DNA of 64,000 bases from Antedon mediterranea (Eukaryota > Animalia > Echinodermata), in NCBI RefSeq assembly GCF_964355755.1, contig NC_092670.1, forward strand, positions 8,670,201 through 8,734,200, in the 5' to 3' direction. Positions 51,001-58,838 of the stretch are shown in pieces. How positions within the stretch are numbered: position 1 is the stretch's first letter; each line of letters starts with the position of its first letter. Below the pieces are notes generated by a model, which saw nothing but the letters and a program-made list of their open reading frames with translations, was not told where the DNA came from and searched no databases. The position numbers and the translations under genes were made by a program.

Positions 51001-52137
51001 TTGAACAAAACTTTTTTTCAGAAAAACTTGCATTACCAACACCAATATTACCAGCAACACCAGGACCAATATCACCAGCAACACCAGGATCAATATCATC
51101 AGCAACACCAGGGCCAATATCACCAGCAACACCAGGACCAATATCACCAGCAACACCAGGACCAATATCACCAGCAACACCAGGACCAATATCACCAGCA
51201 ACACCAGGACCAATATCACCAGCAACACCAGGACCAATATTACCAGCAACACCAGGACCAATATCACCAGCAACACCAGGACCAATATCACCAGCAACAC
51301 CAGGACCAATATTACCAGCAACACCAGGACCAATATCACCAACTCCATTAATAAGTAAGTTTACTTTGCGGTTGCTATAATTTTATCGATTACAAAAGTA
51401 GAATTGTTTATGCATTTAACCTATAAACTGTACAATGAATTTGCTTTAGTTTTACCATATTCATTGTTGCTAGCGAATAAGCAACATCCACTAAGAAAAT
51501 GCGCTATATAGATTAGATAAAAATGAGTTATTATTATGCATAATGTTTATTATGTGATGTTGGTCATGTGTGATACTTATACTTTATGTATAATCAATTT
51601 TATATCTCTAAAGAACATTCTACAAAACAATTGTTTGAGCTGATTGTCGATGTCAATTCTTTCTGGAAAGAGTATGGATATGTTAGCCTACTGAAATTAT
51701 TACTATGCGAGTTTCAAAACAAAACATCTTTAATTGCAATACAGAATGGTAAAGATGCACATGGTCTCTTCAAGCTACTTGTGGGGCCAGGGATTCTCAA
51801 CAATTCCGATGTAACAGTTCTTATTGAAGCTGTCTATCTGAGTTGTTTAGTTGGTTTAGAATCAAAGATAATGGATATGGTACCGTCATTTAAAGGATTT
51901 GAGAATGTTGAGGTTCGTAAATTCTCAAAACGTAGGCAAAATTTAGTTAACTTTGGTTTTATAATAAGCATTGACACAATGAAATGGATTGAGCAATTGT
52001 ACAATGTTAAGTCAGAAGACCAATGGGATTTGATCTTCAAAATTGAAATATTAGGTAAATTGCCATTTTTAGCTGAAAAGCTTAAACAAGAAAACATGAT
52101 GGAGGAGTACGAAATCATAACATCATCTGATAACTAA
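17247..52137 (+). CDS. Multi-exon gene: SAM-like + ankyrin-repeat cassette array + TRADD-N-like + Pro-rich repeat + tandem DED-like protein (putative immune receptor/adaptor)
   Basis: Phase-consistent gt/ag exons: 17247-17324, 17917-18048, 18348-18440, 20890-20930, 21043-21139, 17 ankyrin exons between 24041 and 47928, 48423-48507, 49189-49317 and/or 50052-50183, 50479-50871, 51022-51354 and 51614-52137 (stop). Confidence 0.8.
18348..18440 (+). CDS. Linker exon EDIKLESIK...SSRETE
   Basis: cag acceptor, 93 bp open frame, gtaatg donor, phase 0-0. Confidence 0.65.
18605..18729 (+). mobile_element. Helentron-associated non-autonomous element (HINE/DINE-1-like)
   Basis: T-run then agtcgcgt..acgcgact inverted repeat, (GTCG/GTCT)n microsatellite, a second acgcgact, and a short 3' hairpin ggctgtgggcc followed by ttgtt. 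Confidence 0.65.
19040..20730. mobile_element. Large foldback palindrome (core 19137-20334 with tatggaacgccatcgctgcc termini; flanked by inverted 40-bp arrays)
   Basis: tatggaacgccatcgctgcctccggcagcaaactttaattctattcggctc is mirrored at 20283-20334. Internal arms 19540-19640 and 19955-20065 are also reverse-complementary; centre ~19790. Confidence 0.85.
20890..21139 (+). CDS. Exons 20890-20930 and 21043-21139: ankyrin N-cap-like segment
   Basis: Spliced peptide GAHSRHITDVLITR|NILEDAIFGRKGLQEIEKICMNEPHLVKTIDK, with gtgagt and gtattg donors; ends in phase 0. Confidence 0.7.
21670..22060 (+). mobile_element. Decayed LINE RT 3' remnant in intron
   Basis: KSVSKKVFAILYILKHVKPLL..LYLSLV..LGWLNL resembles the LINE ORF2 post-RT region; it is frameshifted. 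Confidence 0.5.
22660..22986 (+). pseudogene. Two decayed type-A ankyrin cassette exons (22660-22757, ~22881-22986)
   Basis: Acceptor AG lost (ttgcat, ttgcct). The first is 98 bp (frameshift). The ccactacatctatatct core is still recognisable. Confidence 0.75.
24041..24178 (+). CDS. Ankyrin cassette exon, type B
   Basis: tttcag|DGNTPLHLYLSIFTTKFGYRRMGGGQFELEILNSLVHPDALTTSNK|gtaatg, 138 bp. Confidence 0.85.
24678..24779 (+). CDS. Ankyrin cassette exon, type A
   Basis: ttgcag|DGDTPLHLYLRSSEVKLEIVNCLVTSSSTTSPNN|gtatgt, 102 bp. Confidence 0.85.
25228..25335 (+). CDS. Ankyrin cassette exon, type A
   Basis: NGYTPLHLYLSRRSDVKLEIINCLVTNGASITTPNN, 108 bp, ag/gt intact. Confidence 0.85.
27458..30763 (-). 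CDS. LINE ORF2: AP endonuclease + reverse transcriptase + C-terminal Cys/His motif
   Basis: EN motifs NIRSL, ALTETWL, GGGCAFY, CYRPP, MGDMNA, CIDHI, CDH. RT motifs NYRPIS, LDISKAFD, GVPQGSVLGP, YADD. C-terminal CTCG..E..H...C. Confidence 0.96.
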   Translation of the reverse strand: MDNLFIINLGRNNVLICMLLMCGDIHPNPGPEQFTVYHINIRSLIVPGKLAEIQHLANLNNYDIIALTETWLDQTILNHDILLDGYQEPIRNDRNRHGGGCAFYISNSIHLVNSHICNDLLSDVIRCEIQVSNWTILTYVCYRPPQSDVQSDQDLLDYFQNSTNNFVLSRHSLTLMMGDMNAQNNNWYNDGNTNRFGKSFYEFLQQNGLTQHINMPTRCIKDQRSCIDHIVTSQNVYINDFGALCPLLNCDHSPVYANIDIRITRDKPYNRKIYLFEKTDFNLYRNALNSVNWEEVYSSSKVEDVCHNWIDLFNNCVDNYIISKIITVRPNDKPWINAHIRTLIRKRNRAHSTRNNSNSHMQRFKKIRAKVVKAIRKAKQTFLDKQFDLLMNKNCDSKTWWSTINSVCNSKQYYKIPPIKLNDDVLTLNSEKVKAFNNYFKSQSFIPNHDDFPSDFTYRTASRLSTLKLSVDEIMKLLTMLDKNKAMGPDEIHSIILIESAEIIAPHLTKLYNFCISQGYFPVEWKKSNVIPLHKKGNKSLIENYRPISILSNFAKIFERAVFDIVYKYFVDNKLLTQFQSGFTPGDSTTYQLLYLIDTFNRALDLRKEVISVFLDISKAFDKVWHNGIIYKLNQYGINGTLLKWFQSYLNSREQRVIIEGTTSPWVTITAGVPQGSVLGPFLFIVFINDMVDNIKSNISLYADDTSLYDICTDRNISEQKLNGDLNVIYNWAKKWKVTFNANKTKAILFTRKHLDNYVSLNFNNVNLQFVNDHRHLGVMLNAKLKWDSHIQSVINKASLSLNMLRRVKHILPRQALCHIYISHVRPLMEYAAPVWCNIPVKLSDELENIQISAGRICTGAWKHTSHNALRQELGWLSLEKRRQFLNLILFFKIIHKLTPVYLYSLFNFSDNIEVYNLRNIRNIIIPFCKTTSYRLSFVPSIITHWNELNNEIKNSSFLVEFKKLLLKSNLFETKKRSYYDTGDKKINQIHTRIRLGFSCLNSHLFLHGLRDNPNCTCGFNVENPLHFLCYCPNYNTQRDILLVSANSIIEDILAKDFSLTFNFTFLSEIFIFGSDLLSNCENALLFYYVQQFLVNSGRFN
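30958..31527 (-). CDS. LINE ORF1 (coiled coil + L1-like RRM/CTD)
   Basis: Motifs LEQYSRRNNLRFYGL, HRIG, RPIIVRF and ISEDLT. Confidence 0.9.
   Translation of the reverse strand: MAPKLDVDKLKKDLLQELTTSITETLNKAFDKLQEQISNIETRLDYLEQYSRRNNLRFYGLQDSTKSTDDLVAEVIRDKMGITFKSDDIEVSHRIGPITDKPRPIIVRFNSIRTRNNVFAAKSKLKGMPVYISEDLTKANFNLFWKVRHHDGVQRAWTNRCKIWALCKGEEKPKHIKNENDFERLIAEH
31956..32063 (+). CDS. Ankyrin cassette exon, type A
   Basis: DGDTPLHLYLSRRSEVKLEIINCLVTNGASITTPNN, 108 bp. Confidence 0.85.
32147..32299 (+). CDS. Ankyrin cassette exon, type B (longest insert)
   Basis: DGNTPLHLYLSLFRFSYFGYKFGYDLMEDNKFELEILNRLVHPDALTTSNK, 153 bp. Confidence 0.85.
32604..35430. mobile_element. Nested PIF/Harbinger-derived non-autonomous elements with Myb/SANT-like gene fragments and an ~800-bp-arm inverted duplication
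   Basis: Repeated termini ggccc(c/t)gtttctgctgccaa (~32604, ~32839, ~33654; reverse at ~34553, ~34694, 35430) and (ataccgtat) subterminal repeats. ~32839-33655 mirrors ~33790-34554. Confidence 0.8.
34695..34936 (-). pseudogene. Myb/SANT-like (trihelix) DNA-binding protein fragment of the Harbinger element
   Basis: GEAKMSGQLKGNKRDNHIYKDISKKI..QVNSKLKSIQKQY..DNNSG, then a frameshift to RERITCPHYDVF. A related WTEQITIFAIQLWGEAK fragment lies at ~33350-33451 (-) and ~33992-34090 (+). Confidence 0.7.
35680..36089. mobile_element. Kolobok-type MITE
   Basis: ttaa|agatgtatt ... aatacatct|ttaa: TTAA TSD with AG..CT termini. Confidence 0.72.
36216..36350 (+). CDS. Ankyrin cassette exon, type B
   Basis: DGNTPLHLYLSILNPEFIIYLMRGGTFELEILNSLVHPDALTTNK, 135 bp. 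Confidence 0.83.
36629..36733 (+). CDS. Ankyrin cassette exon, type A
   Basis: DGDTPLHLYLRSSEVQLEIVNCLITNGASTTFPNN, 105 bp; unit of a 274-bp exon+intron tandem repeat. Confidence 0.85.
36903..37007 (+). CDS. Ankyrin cassette exon, type A (identical to previous)
   Basis: Exact 274-bp-period duplicate of 36629-36733. Confidence 0.85.
37177..37284 (+). CDS. Ankyrin cassette exon, type A
   Basis: VGNTPLHLYLRWSSEVKLEIVNCLITIGASTTSPNK, 108 bp. Confidence 0.85.
37489..37593 (+). CDS. Ankyrin cassette exon, type A
   Basis: DGDTPLHLYLMSSEVKLEIVNYLITNGASITSPNN, 105 bp. Confidence 0.83.
37612..38540. repeat. Intronic insertion with a degenerate ~320-bp tandem repeat
   Basis: ctattcact(c/t)taatgg..tttgccaaaa..tggtcaagaaa..atatctcagcaaccact recurs at ~37806-37905, ~38127-38228 and partly ~38440-38525. 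Confidence 0.6.
38759..38866 (+). CDS. Ankyrin cassette exon, type B (insert deleted)
   Basis: DGNTPLHLYLSLFTTKLELEILNSLVHPDALTTSNK, 108 bp. Confidence 0.85.
39236..39620 (+). mobile_element. Composite SINE: 5S rRNA-derived 3' half + tRNA-like segment + conserved central domain; abuts a truncated type-B exon (39217-39226)
   Basis: taagcaacgttgggctcggttgcatctggatggaagaccg..gggtgctgta resembles the 5S internal control region. It is followed by tggtgtaatga..gggttcgggg, tccttaggcaagatgctttac and tttaaagaac..tattcgaaaagagtaggg. Confidence 0.72.
40707..40778 (-). tRNA. tRNA-like sequence / pseudogene, nominal anticodon ATC
   Basis: GCCCCAGTGGTCTAATGGTTAGGGCAACTGCATATCAAGCAGATGGTCCGAGTTTGAGTCTCGGTTGGGGGG followed by TTTTT; T-loop mutated. 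Confidence 0.45.
41071..41142 (-). tRNA. tRNA-like sequence / pseudogene, nominal anticodon ATC
   Basis: 72 nt. Acceptor GCCCCAG/TTGGGGC, T-arm CCGAG-TTCGAGT-CTCGG, anticodon stem CTGC/GCAG, downstream TTTTT. Confidence 0.5.
42261..43301. mobile_element. Non-autonomous hAT-like DNA transposon with 6-bp TSD
   Basis: TIRs caggcccgtagccagg and cctggctatggccctg; attatg at 42255-42260 and 43302-43307. An empty-site paralog aaaacgcaataattatggacaaattga is at ~40194-40220. Confidence 0.75.
43702..43809 (+). CDS. Ankyrin cassette exon, type A
   Basis: DKDTPLHLYLRRSSEVKLEIVNCLVTNGASTTSQNN, 108 bp; preceded by a 3' half-exon remnant at 43549-43582. Confidence 0.85.
43899..44003 (+). CDS. Ankyrin cassette exon, type A
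   Basis: DKDTPLHLYLRRSSEVKLEIVNCLITSASITSPNK, 105 bp; 197-bp period from the previous exon. Confidence 0.85.
44654..44791 (+). CDS. Ankyrin cassette exon, type B
   Basis: DGNTPLHLYLSLFTTKFGYDLMEGDRLELEILNSLVHPDALTKSNK, 138 bp. Confidence 0.85.
45473..45580 (+). CDS. Ankyrin cassette exon, type A
   Basis: NGNTPLHLYLRWRSEVKLEIVNYLITNGASTTSQNN, 108 bp. Confidence 0.85.
45748..45855 (+). CDS. Ankyrin cassette exon, type A
   Basis: DGDTPLHKYLRKRSGVKFEIVNCLLTNGASTTSLNN, 108 bp. Confidence 0.85.
46125..47097. mobile_element. MITE with long imperfect TIRs (MULE-like)
   Basis: ggtcagtc..accgaaaacaacc versus ggttgtttt..gactgacc. Arms extend ~250 bp (gatgggtgtttctaaagctaagaccat versus atggtcttagctctagaaacacccatc). 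Confidence 0.78.
47791..47928 (+). CDS. Ankyrin cassette exon, type B
   Basis: DGNTPLHLYLSLFTTKFGYDRMRIGKLELEILNRLVHPDALTTSNK, 138 bp. Lies within block ~47280-48420, which duplicates ~44210-45285. Confidence 0.85.
48423..48507 (+). CDS. Ankyrin C-cap exon
   Basis: atag|MGKTPVSILKDNDQIDLEVKHTILKIFD|gtaagt, phase 0 to 1. Confidence 0.75.
49189..50183 (+). CDS. Duplicated low-complexity linker exons 49189-49317 and 50052-50183 (both phase 1-1), with a truncated copy of the next exon at 49809-49912
   Basis: AKKSSVGQAAAAKGTTGKEFEKEPTSATTT versus AQKSELDPAAAVGTTGKESQKEPTSMSATTT; both have cag/gtaag boundaries. Confidence 0.7.
50479..50871 (+). CDS. Exon encoding a TRADD-N-like domain
   Basis: ..IGFTINALERNCMKLHLDTLHPRAVFLLKCLYTSGRLLRFLSQILVSEE.. 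matches the C-h-x-h...L..LY.SG.L...L...LV pattern I associate with invertebrate TRADD-like N domains; ttcag/gtaaga boundaries. Confidence 0.6.
51022..51354 (+). CDS. Exon with coding 24-bp minisatellite (PISPATPG) x ~12-13
   Basis: accaatatcaccagcaacaccagg tandem at ~51040-51342; ttcag acceptor, gtaagt donor, phase 1-1. Confidence 0.75.
51614..52137 (+). CDS. Terminal exon: tandem death-effector-domain (DED)-like region
   Basis: Two helical units, LFELIVDV..LLKLLL..AHGLFKLL..GILNNSDVTVLIEAV..L and FSKRRQNLVNFGFII..DQWDLIFKIE..LAEKL; stop at 52135-52137. Confidence 0.65.
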
Positions 52138-54008
52138 ATTGGTTATATGCATTAATGTCACTAATATTTTTTAGTATTAGCTTGCTGGTCAGTAGGCCCT
52201 ATTACTGTATATACTGTTTTATTTTTAAATTGTATTATATATCTTTTATACTGCTCGTTTGTAACTGTCATAAATTTCCTAATTTTATTAAACATGCAAA
52301 GACAAATGTTTAAACATTTTTTTAACAAAAATTTGAAAATGTAAAAAAAAAAATGTACTAAAGTGCTGCAAGTTTAAAATACAAAATAAACTGAATCTAA
52401 TCGTGATAAATGAATTCATACAGCAGGTAAACAATTAAAAACAATTCAACTAATTGTAACAAGAACTAATCTATTCAATGTTTATATTTAATTTAAATAT
52501 AATGGCTATATTACAATTTTTGCTTAGGTAATTATTTTTACCATTGTCTACAAAAACTTTTACAATAAAGGTATTCGTTTTTCCATGATGTGTATGAAAG
52601 TTTCTTGACTATTAAATTACATTGTAAATAGTAAAATATATTTTACAATTTGCAATGTAATTTAATATTCAAGAAACTTTCTATAAATTTGTAACAACTT
52701 TTGCTAGACTTAATAATCCTCATCATTCCACTGGAAAAGGACACTTTTATTTAGTAAATATAAATTTTTTAAATTAAATTGAACTTAAAGTAAATATAAA
52801 TATTTTTGTAATTCATTGTGTTACTAACCAGAAATTCTATGTCAACATGAATTTTATTTAGGACAAATAAAATGAAGTATAAATAATTTGAAATTTGTTA
52901 AGTTAATAATAGATTCATTTTATTGTTTTTAACATAATTACAGTATTTTAATTATGTCATAATAAGTAAGTATAATAAGGTAGGTTTTTGTTAATAGCAG
53001 GGAGTTGCTACAGCTCCCTGATAATAGAGAAAACCAAGCAATCACATATACAGTACTATATTAAAGGTTGGTTTCCACTTGGGAAAACAAGGTCGTAAGC
53101 GCAACGTAAGCAAATTGACCAATGATAAACGACTTTTTAGATAATCCATCGCTTGTGATTGGTCAAATTACTTAGGTTATGTTGCGTCCCTGCTTTAGTT
53201 TAATGATCATTCCCCATAATAAAGATATTGCTTAAAATTGAGACCTTAAAATATTTTTAGTGTGTTAAGTGCGGAAGACTGTCAATTGCAAACAAACTTA
53301 CTTGAGTTTTGTTTCTCTTTTGAAGAAAATTCACTTAGGTTTACTCTTTCTTTAAAGTGTTTTATCTATATTCTCTAACATGTTTATTGTTAAATGTCGT
53401 TCCCTAATCAAACCAGGTAATTCTTTTTTTCAAGTTGGTGGATGTGTTCCACATCTGTTCTTTCTCATTTATAATGTTTACCTAGGGCTACTACACAGTG
53501 TAGCACTATTAAACTCTTAATTATATTTGTTCTTACTTTTTTCATTTCTTAAATAAAATTGCAAAAACCTATATGAACATGTCTTGCAGTACACTATGTG
53601 TTTCTTAAAGTTGAGTATATCGACGTTTCAGCTGTTACTATCTGTTTTATGAAGTAATTATATAGGTAGGCCTAACTAAACTCTTAATTATATTTGCTTT
53701 TACATTTTTATTTCTTAAATACAATTTCAAAAAAAGATATGAACATTGCTTGCTATATAGGTAGGCCTAAGCGGAAATGTTGTTTTAATAACTCAATTGG
53801 ATGCAATATGGTTCTACAATACATACAGTTTGAAGAAACTAAGGACAGAAATATTGATAAAATATTTAGTTAAGATTTGAACGTCGTGAAGTGGTTTCCC
53901 GAAAGATCGTAAAATCAAAACGGTACTGGGTATGACCAACTAGCGTTATTGTCACCGGCTAGTCATCCATTCATAGAAGTACTAATGTAGTAGCCTACCT
54001 GTACGGTG

Positions 54009-57000
54009 ACCATAGAATGTGACCCGAGGCATGACTAACTACGACTTTTAGATGATAGAAAGTTGAGAAAAATTGTTACGAGTAGTTGTACGACATGAAG
54101 ATGTTTATGAAATTATGTTAAAGATGTAAAAACATATACATTAGGCATATAAACAGTAATGTGTGTTAGTAAAAATAATAATATTATGTAAAAAAGATAT
54201 AAGGAAGAAAAGCAAAGAGATTATGGAGCGGCTGTACCTGAATATACAATATAAATATTGTAAGGTTAAAAACTAGAAATTTAGGCGATCTTGTCAAAGG
54301 TCAAGCGCCTTCAGCCTGCCACGTTTCGATATTCAATATTGAACTTGAACGTTTCCCATGACTAAAACTTAACGAACCAATTATACAAATTATACATTCT
54401 AAAGCACTGTCTACACTATCAAACTTTATGTGAAAAATGTGATATGCCCAAATATGGTAGTGATATCATCGTGTCCATATTTGGGCACATCACATTTTTT
54501 TGTCACATAAAGTTTTTTTGATCTTGTTTTTTTGTATAAATGTATTAATTCTTTATTTGACTATAACTTAGTTAGTAATTTTTATCTTAGAGTCCCTAGT
54601 CATCGTCTTAGAAGAAATTCTACTTTTCATATTCCTTTTAGTAGACTAAATGTTTTAAAAAATGGTTTTATTAGTAGATTAAGTCAAACTTATAATTCTT
54701 TTACTTTAAGAAACCCTGAGTTAGATATCTTTAGTAATAATTTCCGTAAGTTCCGTAACATTGTTAGTAGTTTAGTTTAATGTTTTTTTCTTTGTATATG
54801 TTCGTGTTTGTCTGTGTTCCCTCCTGTAAGTGGTGTACCATGAGCTCACTGTTGGTTGGGAAATGAATAAATAAAAGATAAAATAAAAATAGTCAGGACA
54901 GAGCTTAAGGAAACGCCTTGTCACTGTAAAAAAAAATCCAATAGCCCTTTCTAAGTATTTGTCATTTAATAAAAGACCAACTTATCCCAAGTTTCACAAT
55001 TTTATTTAAAGGTATAGTGTCTTTTACCTCTTAATTAAATAAAAATAATGCAATTCCGTTTTTCAACAAATTTTTTTTGTTTAAAGCCATTATTTTGACT
55101 AACTCTGGCGCTCCTAAAATGTAGTTTACCGCTTTATCATATCCCCTCTTTGTAATAATAGTAATACGATTTTGCATTTGTGATTATTTCTGAAAACTGA
55201 TCCCACTTTATCTAAATTACCCTTGAGCGTAGTTCCCACTAGCGATGCAACGTAACGCAAACGACGCAACGTAAGAAAATGCCCTTCCAATAATTGTGTT
55301 TGCCCCCGCCTGCGTGAAATCACACCTGTGATTTTTGCAGCACTGTTGCATCGTTGGTTCCCACTTGTGATTACGCAATACAGCACTTTGCGTCAATACT
55401 TCGTTGCGTTGCGTTCTAGTGAGAACCACGCTTTAGGGCAAATGTTAATACAATGCAATTATTATGCACTAATTATTGCTATATATGCACACATTATTGT
55501 GGTAGTATCATCTTATGGGGTATGTCACAAAACTAAGCAGTCCAAAATGTTGATATTTTTAGAAAAATGTTCAAATTTCCGATTTTTTCAATTATTATGC
55601 ACTAATATTTCCATATATGTACATATATTTGTTAGTATCATCTTATGAGCTCATAGTAAGCATTTATTTCACAAAATAAAAGTTTAGAAATTTGTACTAG
55701 GCCTATAGTACAAGCATTTTTTCCAAAAAGGGGCGAAATTCCGACTTTTTAAAATGCAATTATTATGCACTAATTATTGTGATATACGCATCTGTATTGT
55801 GTTAGTATCATTTTATGTAATCACAGTAAGCATTTATGTTAAATAATAAAATGGTAGAAATTCGTACATCAATTCCTGTACTAAGTACAGGAATTTTGTT
55901 TAAATGGGCAAAATTGCGGAGTTTTAACAAATATAACAATGATATACTTTTATTCAAAATATTTGGCTTGTATTTAGACAATATTGTACATTTATATTCG
56001 GGAAATATGGACACGGTCACAAGATGAGGTAGTAATACACGATTTAGTGTAACAAAGTGAGTTGCTAACTGAAGTAACACCTACATTGCAAACGTATAAA
56101 TAATAATTGCCCTGTCTAACGACGACTTTTATATAACGAGTTCAGAAAGAGAAGAATGTTCACGACTTTAATTTATTTCAACAAAAATCAAAATTGTGTA
56201 TAATATAATATTAAATAGGCATACAATATATAAAATAAAAGTATATACACAAATAAAGAAAGAAGTTTAATCTTCAAGTGAAGGACAATCAGATAAGTCA
56301 AAATATTTAAAAGTTTTCCCATAAATATAAACATATCAAATAATACTAAAAAAAAACAATTTTAAAAACGTTTTTTTTTTCTAAATAAACATTCAAGTAG
56401 GCGTATTGCTATTGTAATTATCTAATCTAGATGATACATGTTTCTTATAATTAACTTCAAGTGTACATTGAATATGCAGTTAATGTTATCGTCAATAGAA
56501 GTTGGTAACTTAGCTCCATAGTAGCTTCACATACTACTTAAATGGTACCATTGCATACCATTTTCATAACCTGCATTAGACCTAATAAACTTTCAATAAT
56601 GGTTTTCAACATGTACACATCACCGTGTATTAGTTGAAATAAATTCATACCATTTACGAAATGAGAAGCGGCGTATGTATTGCCATTTGTAAGTGCCACT
56701 CTTGCAATTATATAGAACAAAATTACTTCTAACGTAAACGTAACGTTATGACCTTTAGTAACGTATTGAAATAAACCATCAATTTCCCATGACCTATAAA
56801 TCAAATCTCTACGATCGGCTATTTCTATTTCCATGAGAGAAATGTTTGGATGTCTGTGTACCTGCAAAGTAGTACGAACATCTTCAATAGCCTCTTTTAA
56901 ATCGATGTCATTACCCATTAAGTAGTGGAATTTTACCAAGAGAGCACGCATTCCTAAGAAATTGTCACCTTTTCCGTTGGGGTAGACCATTTCACCTCCT

Positions 57001-58838
57001 GTACTGTAGTAATTCAAGGCCTTCTTTTGATACTTCCTCAGTTCTTTCAGTGGACATTTATTTCGTAAGCACGCTAGCACAGACGTGATTAAGTCTCCTA
57101 AAAGCTGATACAATGTTGTTCTAAACACTTTATCATATCCCTTCACTACAATGGATTTAATATCCCTAATAATTGGTAAGATGGATTCTGTATTTCTGAT
57201 AATTTCTGTAATGGAAACATTGTTGTTCAGCCAGAAAAGGACTTTGCAAGAGATTAGCCCCATATCAAAGAAAGAACACCTTCAAACGATTTCGGAACTC
57301 TGTAAGACATGTTGAAGCCATTGGATGATTCAAAAGATCAGCCTTAAACTTTAAGTAGTCACCACTTTCATGTACGTCTACAATATCTAGTTTAACACAT
57401 ATCTCACGGCTGATGTCACCTGTTAAAGATACTTCGCCACCTGCAATACCTGACATCACCATCACCCAAAGATCGTGTTTAGTTGCTGTCAATATTTTAC
57501 TCACGTCGTCACAAAGTTCATCCGATAAATGACCAATTACATTTTGCTGTGGAATAAAGTAGTGTGGCAAATATCTCTTCTGATAGCAATTAATCAGCCA
57601 ATCTAGGACTTGTCTGATTAAATCCATGGTGTTGTCAGATGAAATAGTTTCACACACCCATAGGCAAGCAGTCTTGATGAAATACGAACAGAATGGTGTA
57701 GGTTCTTGAGACTCAAACAGTTTGCGTCTTTTCTTGATAGCTTTCAAAGCAAACATGCAGCCAGCAAATGGTTCCGGCATTTCTTGAATGAGCTTTCTCT
57801 CTGCAACAGAAAATGACAATCGCCATTCAATGTCTTTTGTCCAACGGGAACTACAAGACATTCTAGATTTGAGATATTGTTCAATAACTCTTGTGATGGC
57901 CATTTACTTGCCCTCTGCCTTGTAAAAAAGTTGTCAGTAATAGGTGGCCATGACTGGCATGGTAAGCAATGCACTAAATCGCTTGATAGGTCAGATGCTG
58001 TAGACGGCTGTTGTAGTGATGGTCCGTGTATTTCAGCTCCAGAATAATGTACATCCTCATAAACACAGTTACTCTCCAAAAATTCTTTATAGCTAGTGTT
58101 CCAGTAACCATCAGATGAAGGTAAATCCATTGTTCTTATAGCATATTCCTTCAAAGTACTATTCTTCAAAAAGCCATTTTCATCAATGAAACTGCCGCTT
58201 TCATCGTCAAACACTTTAAAACTTTCTTGAATGCTCTTTTCATCCAATACTTTAAGTTTCAAATATGCTCGTTCATTTTTATATAGTTCAGCTATAACAC
58301 ACACGCTTTGTTCTTTTTCCTTCGGATGTTGCCAACACACTGTCGCAGAAGATAACATAGCCATCATGTCTACATCACCCAAAATGTATTTAGGCATTCC
58401 TTCACAGAAACTTCCACTGGTATACATTCGTTTAATTATTTGGTTTTTCTCTGTTTTGTTATATATCTCTTCAAAAATCATTGAACAAGATATTTGAGCC
58501 AATCTTTCAAATGTTTTACATGCAATTACCTCATTTGCAAACTCATCCATCACTAGTCTCGTGTTCATATTTTCCGCCATCACAATATAATTTTGTTCAC
58601 AATTGTTTTACTTAAACATGCACCTGCAAAATAAACAGTAAACAAATGTATAATGTAATGTAGGCACGTTTGATATAGCACAATATAACAAAGTTGCAAT
58701 ATATGCAATATTCATGTATGATGACCTGGATTTGTTTAATGGACCGTTACAAAAATAGCTTTTTATCTGCTTTTAACAACACAAACTCGGTGTGTTAAAA
58801 ATGAAACTGGGTATTGTGTATTTGATACTATTGTTCAG
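54009..58838. repeat. Segmental duplication copy B
   Basis: Collinear with 1-5296. Lacks the SINE and carries its own deletions and the Foldback insertion. Confidence 0.97.
56538..58580 (-). pseudogene. Mab-21/cGLR nucleotidyltransferase copy 2, frameshifted
   Basis: Three ORF pieces (57744-58583, 57265-57903, 56538-57263). Relative to copy 1: a 16-bp deletion (gtcactatcatgacgt) at ~57840, a net 26-bp deletion at ~57279 and an in-frame 9-bp deletion at ~58305. Confidence 0.92.

Noticed and set aside
50977-51351. ORFs (LVILVLVL)n and (HQQHQDQY)n
   Set aside because: They are alternative frames of the 24-bp repeat; only the Pro-rich frame fits the splice phases.
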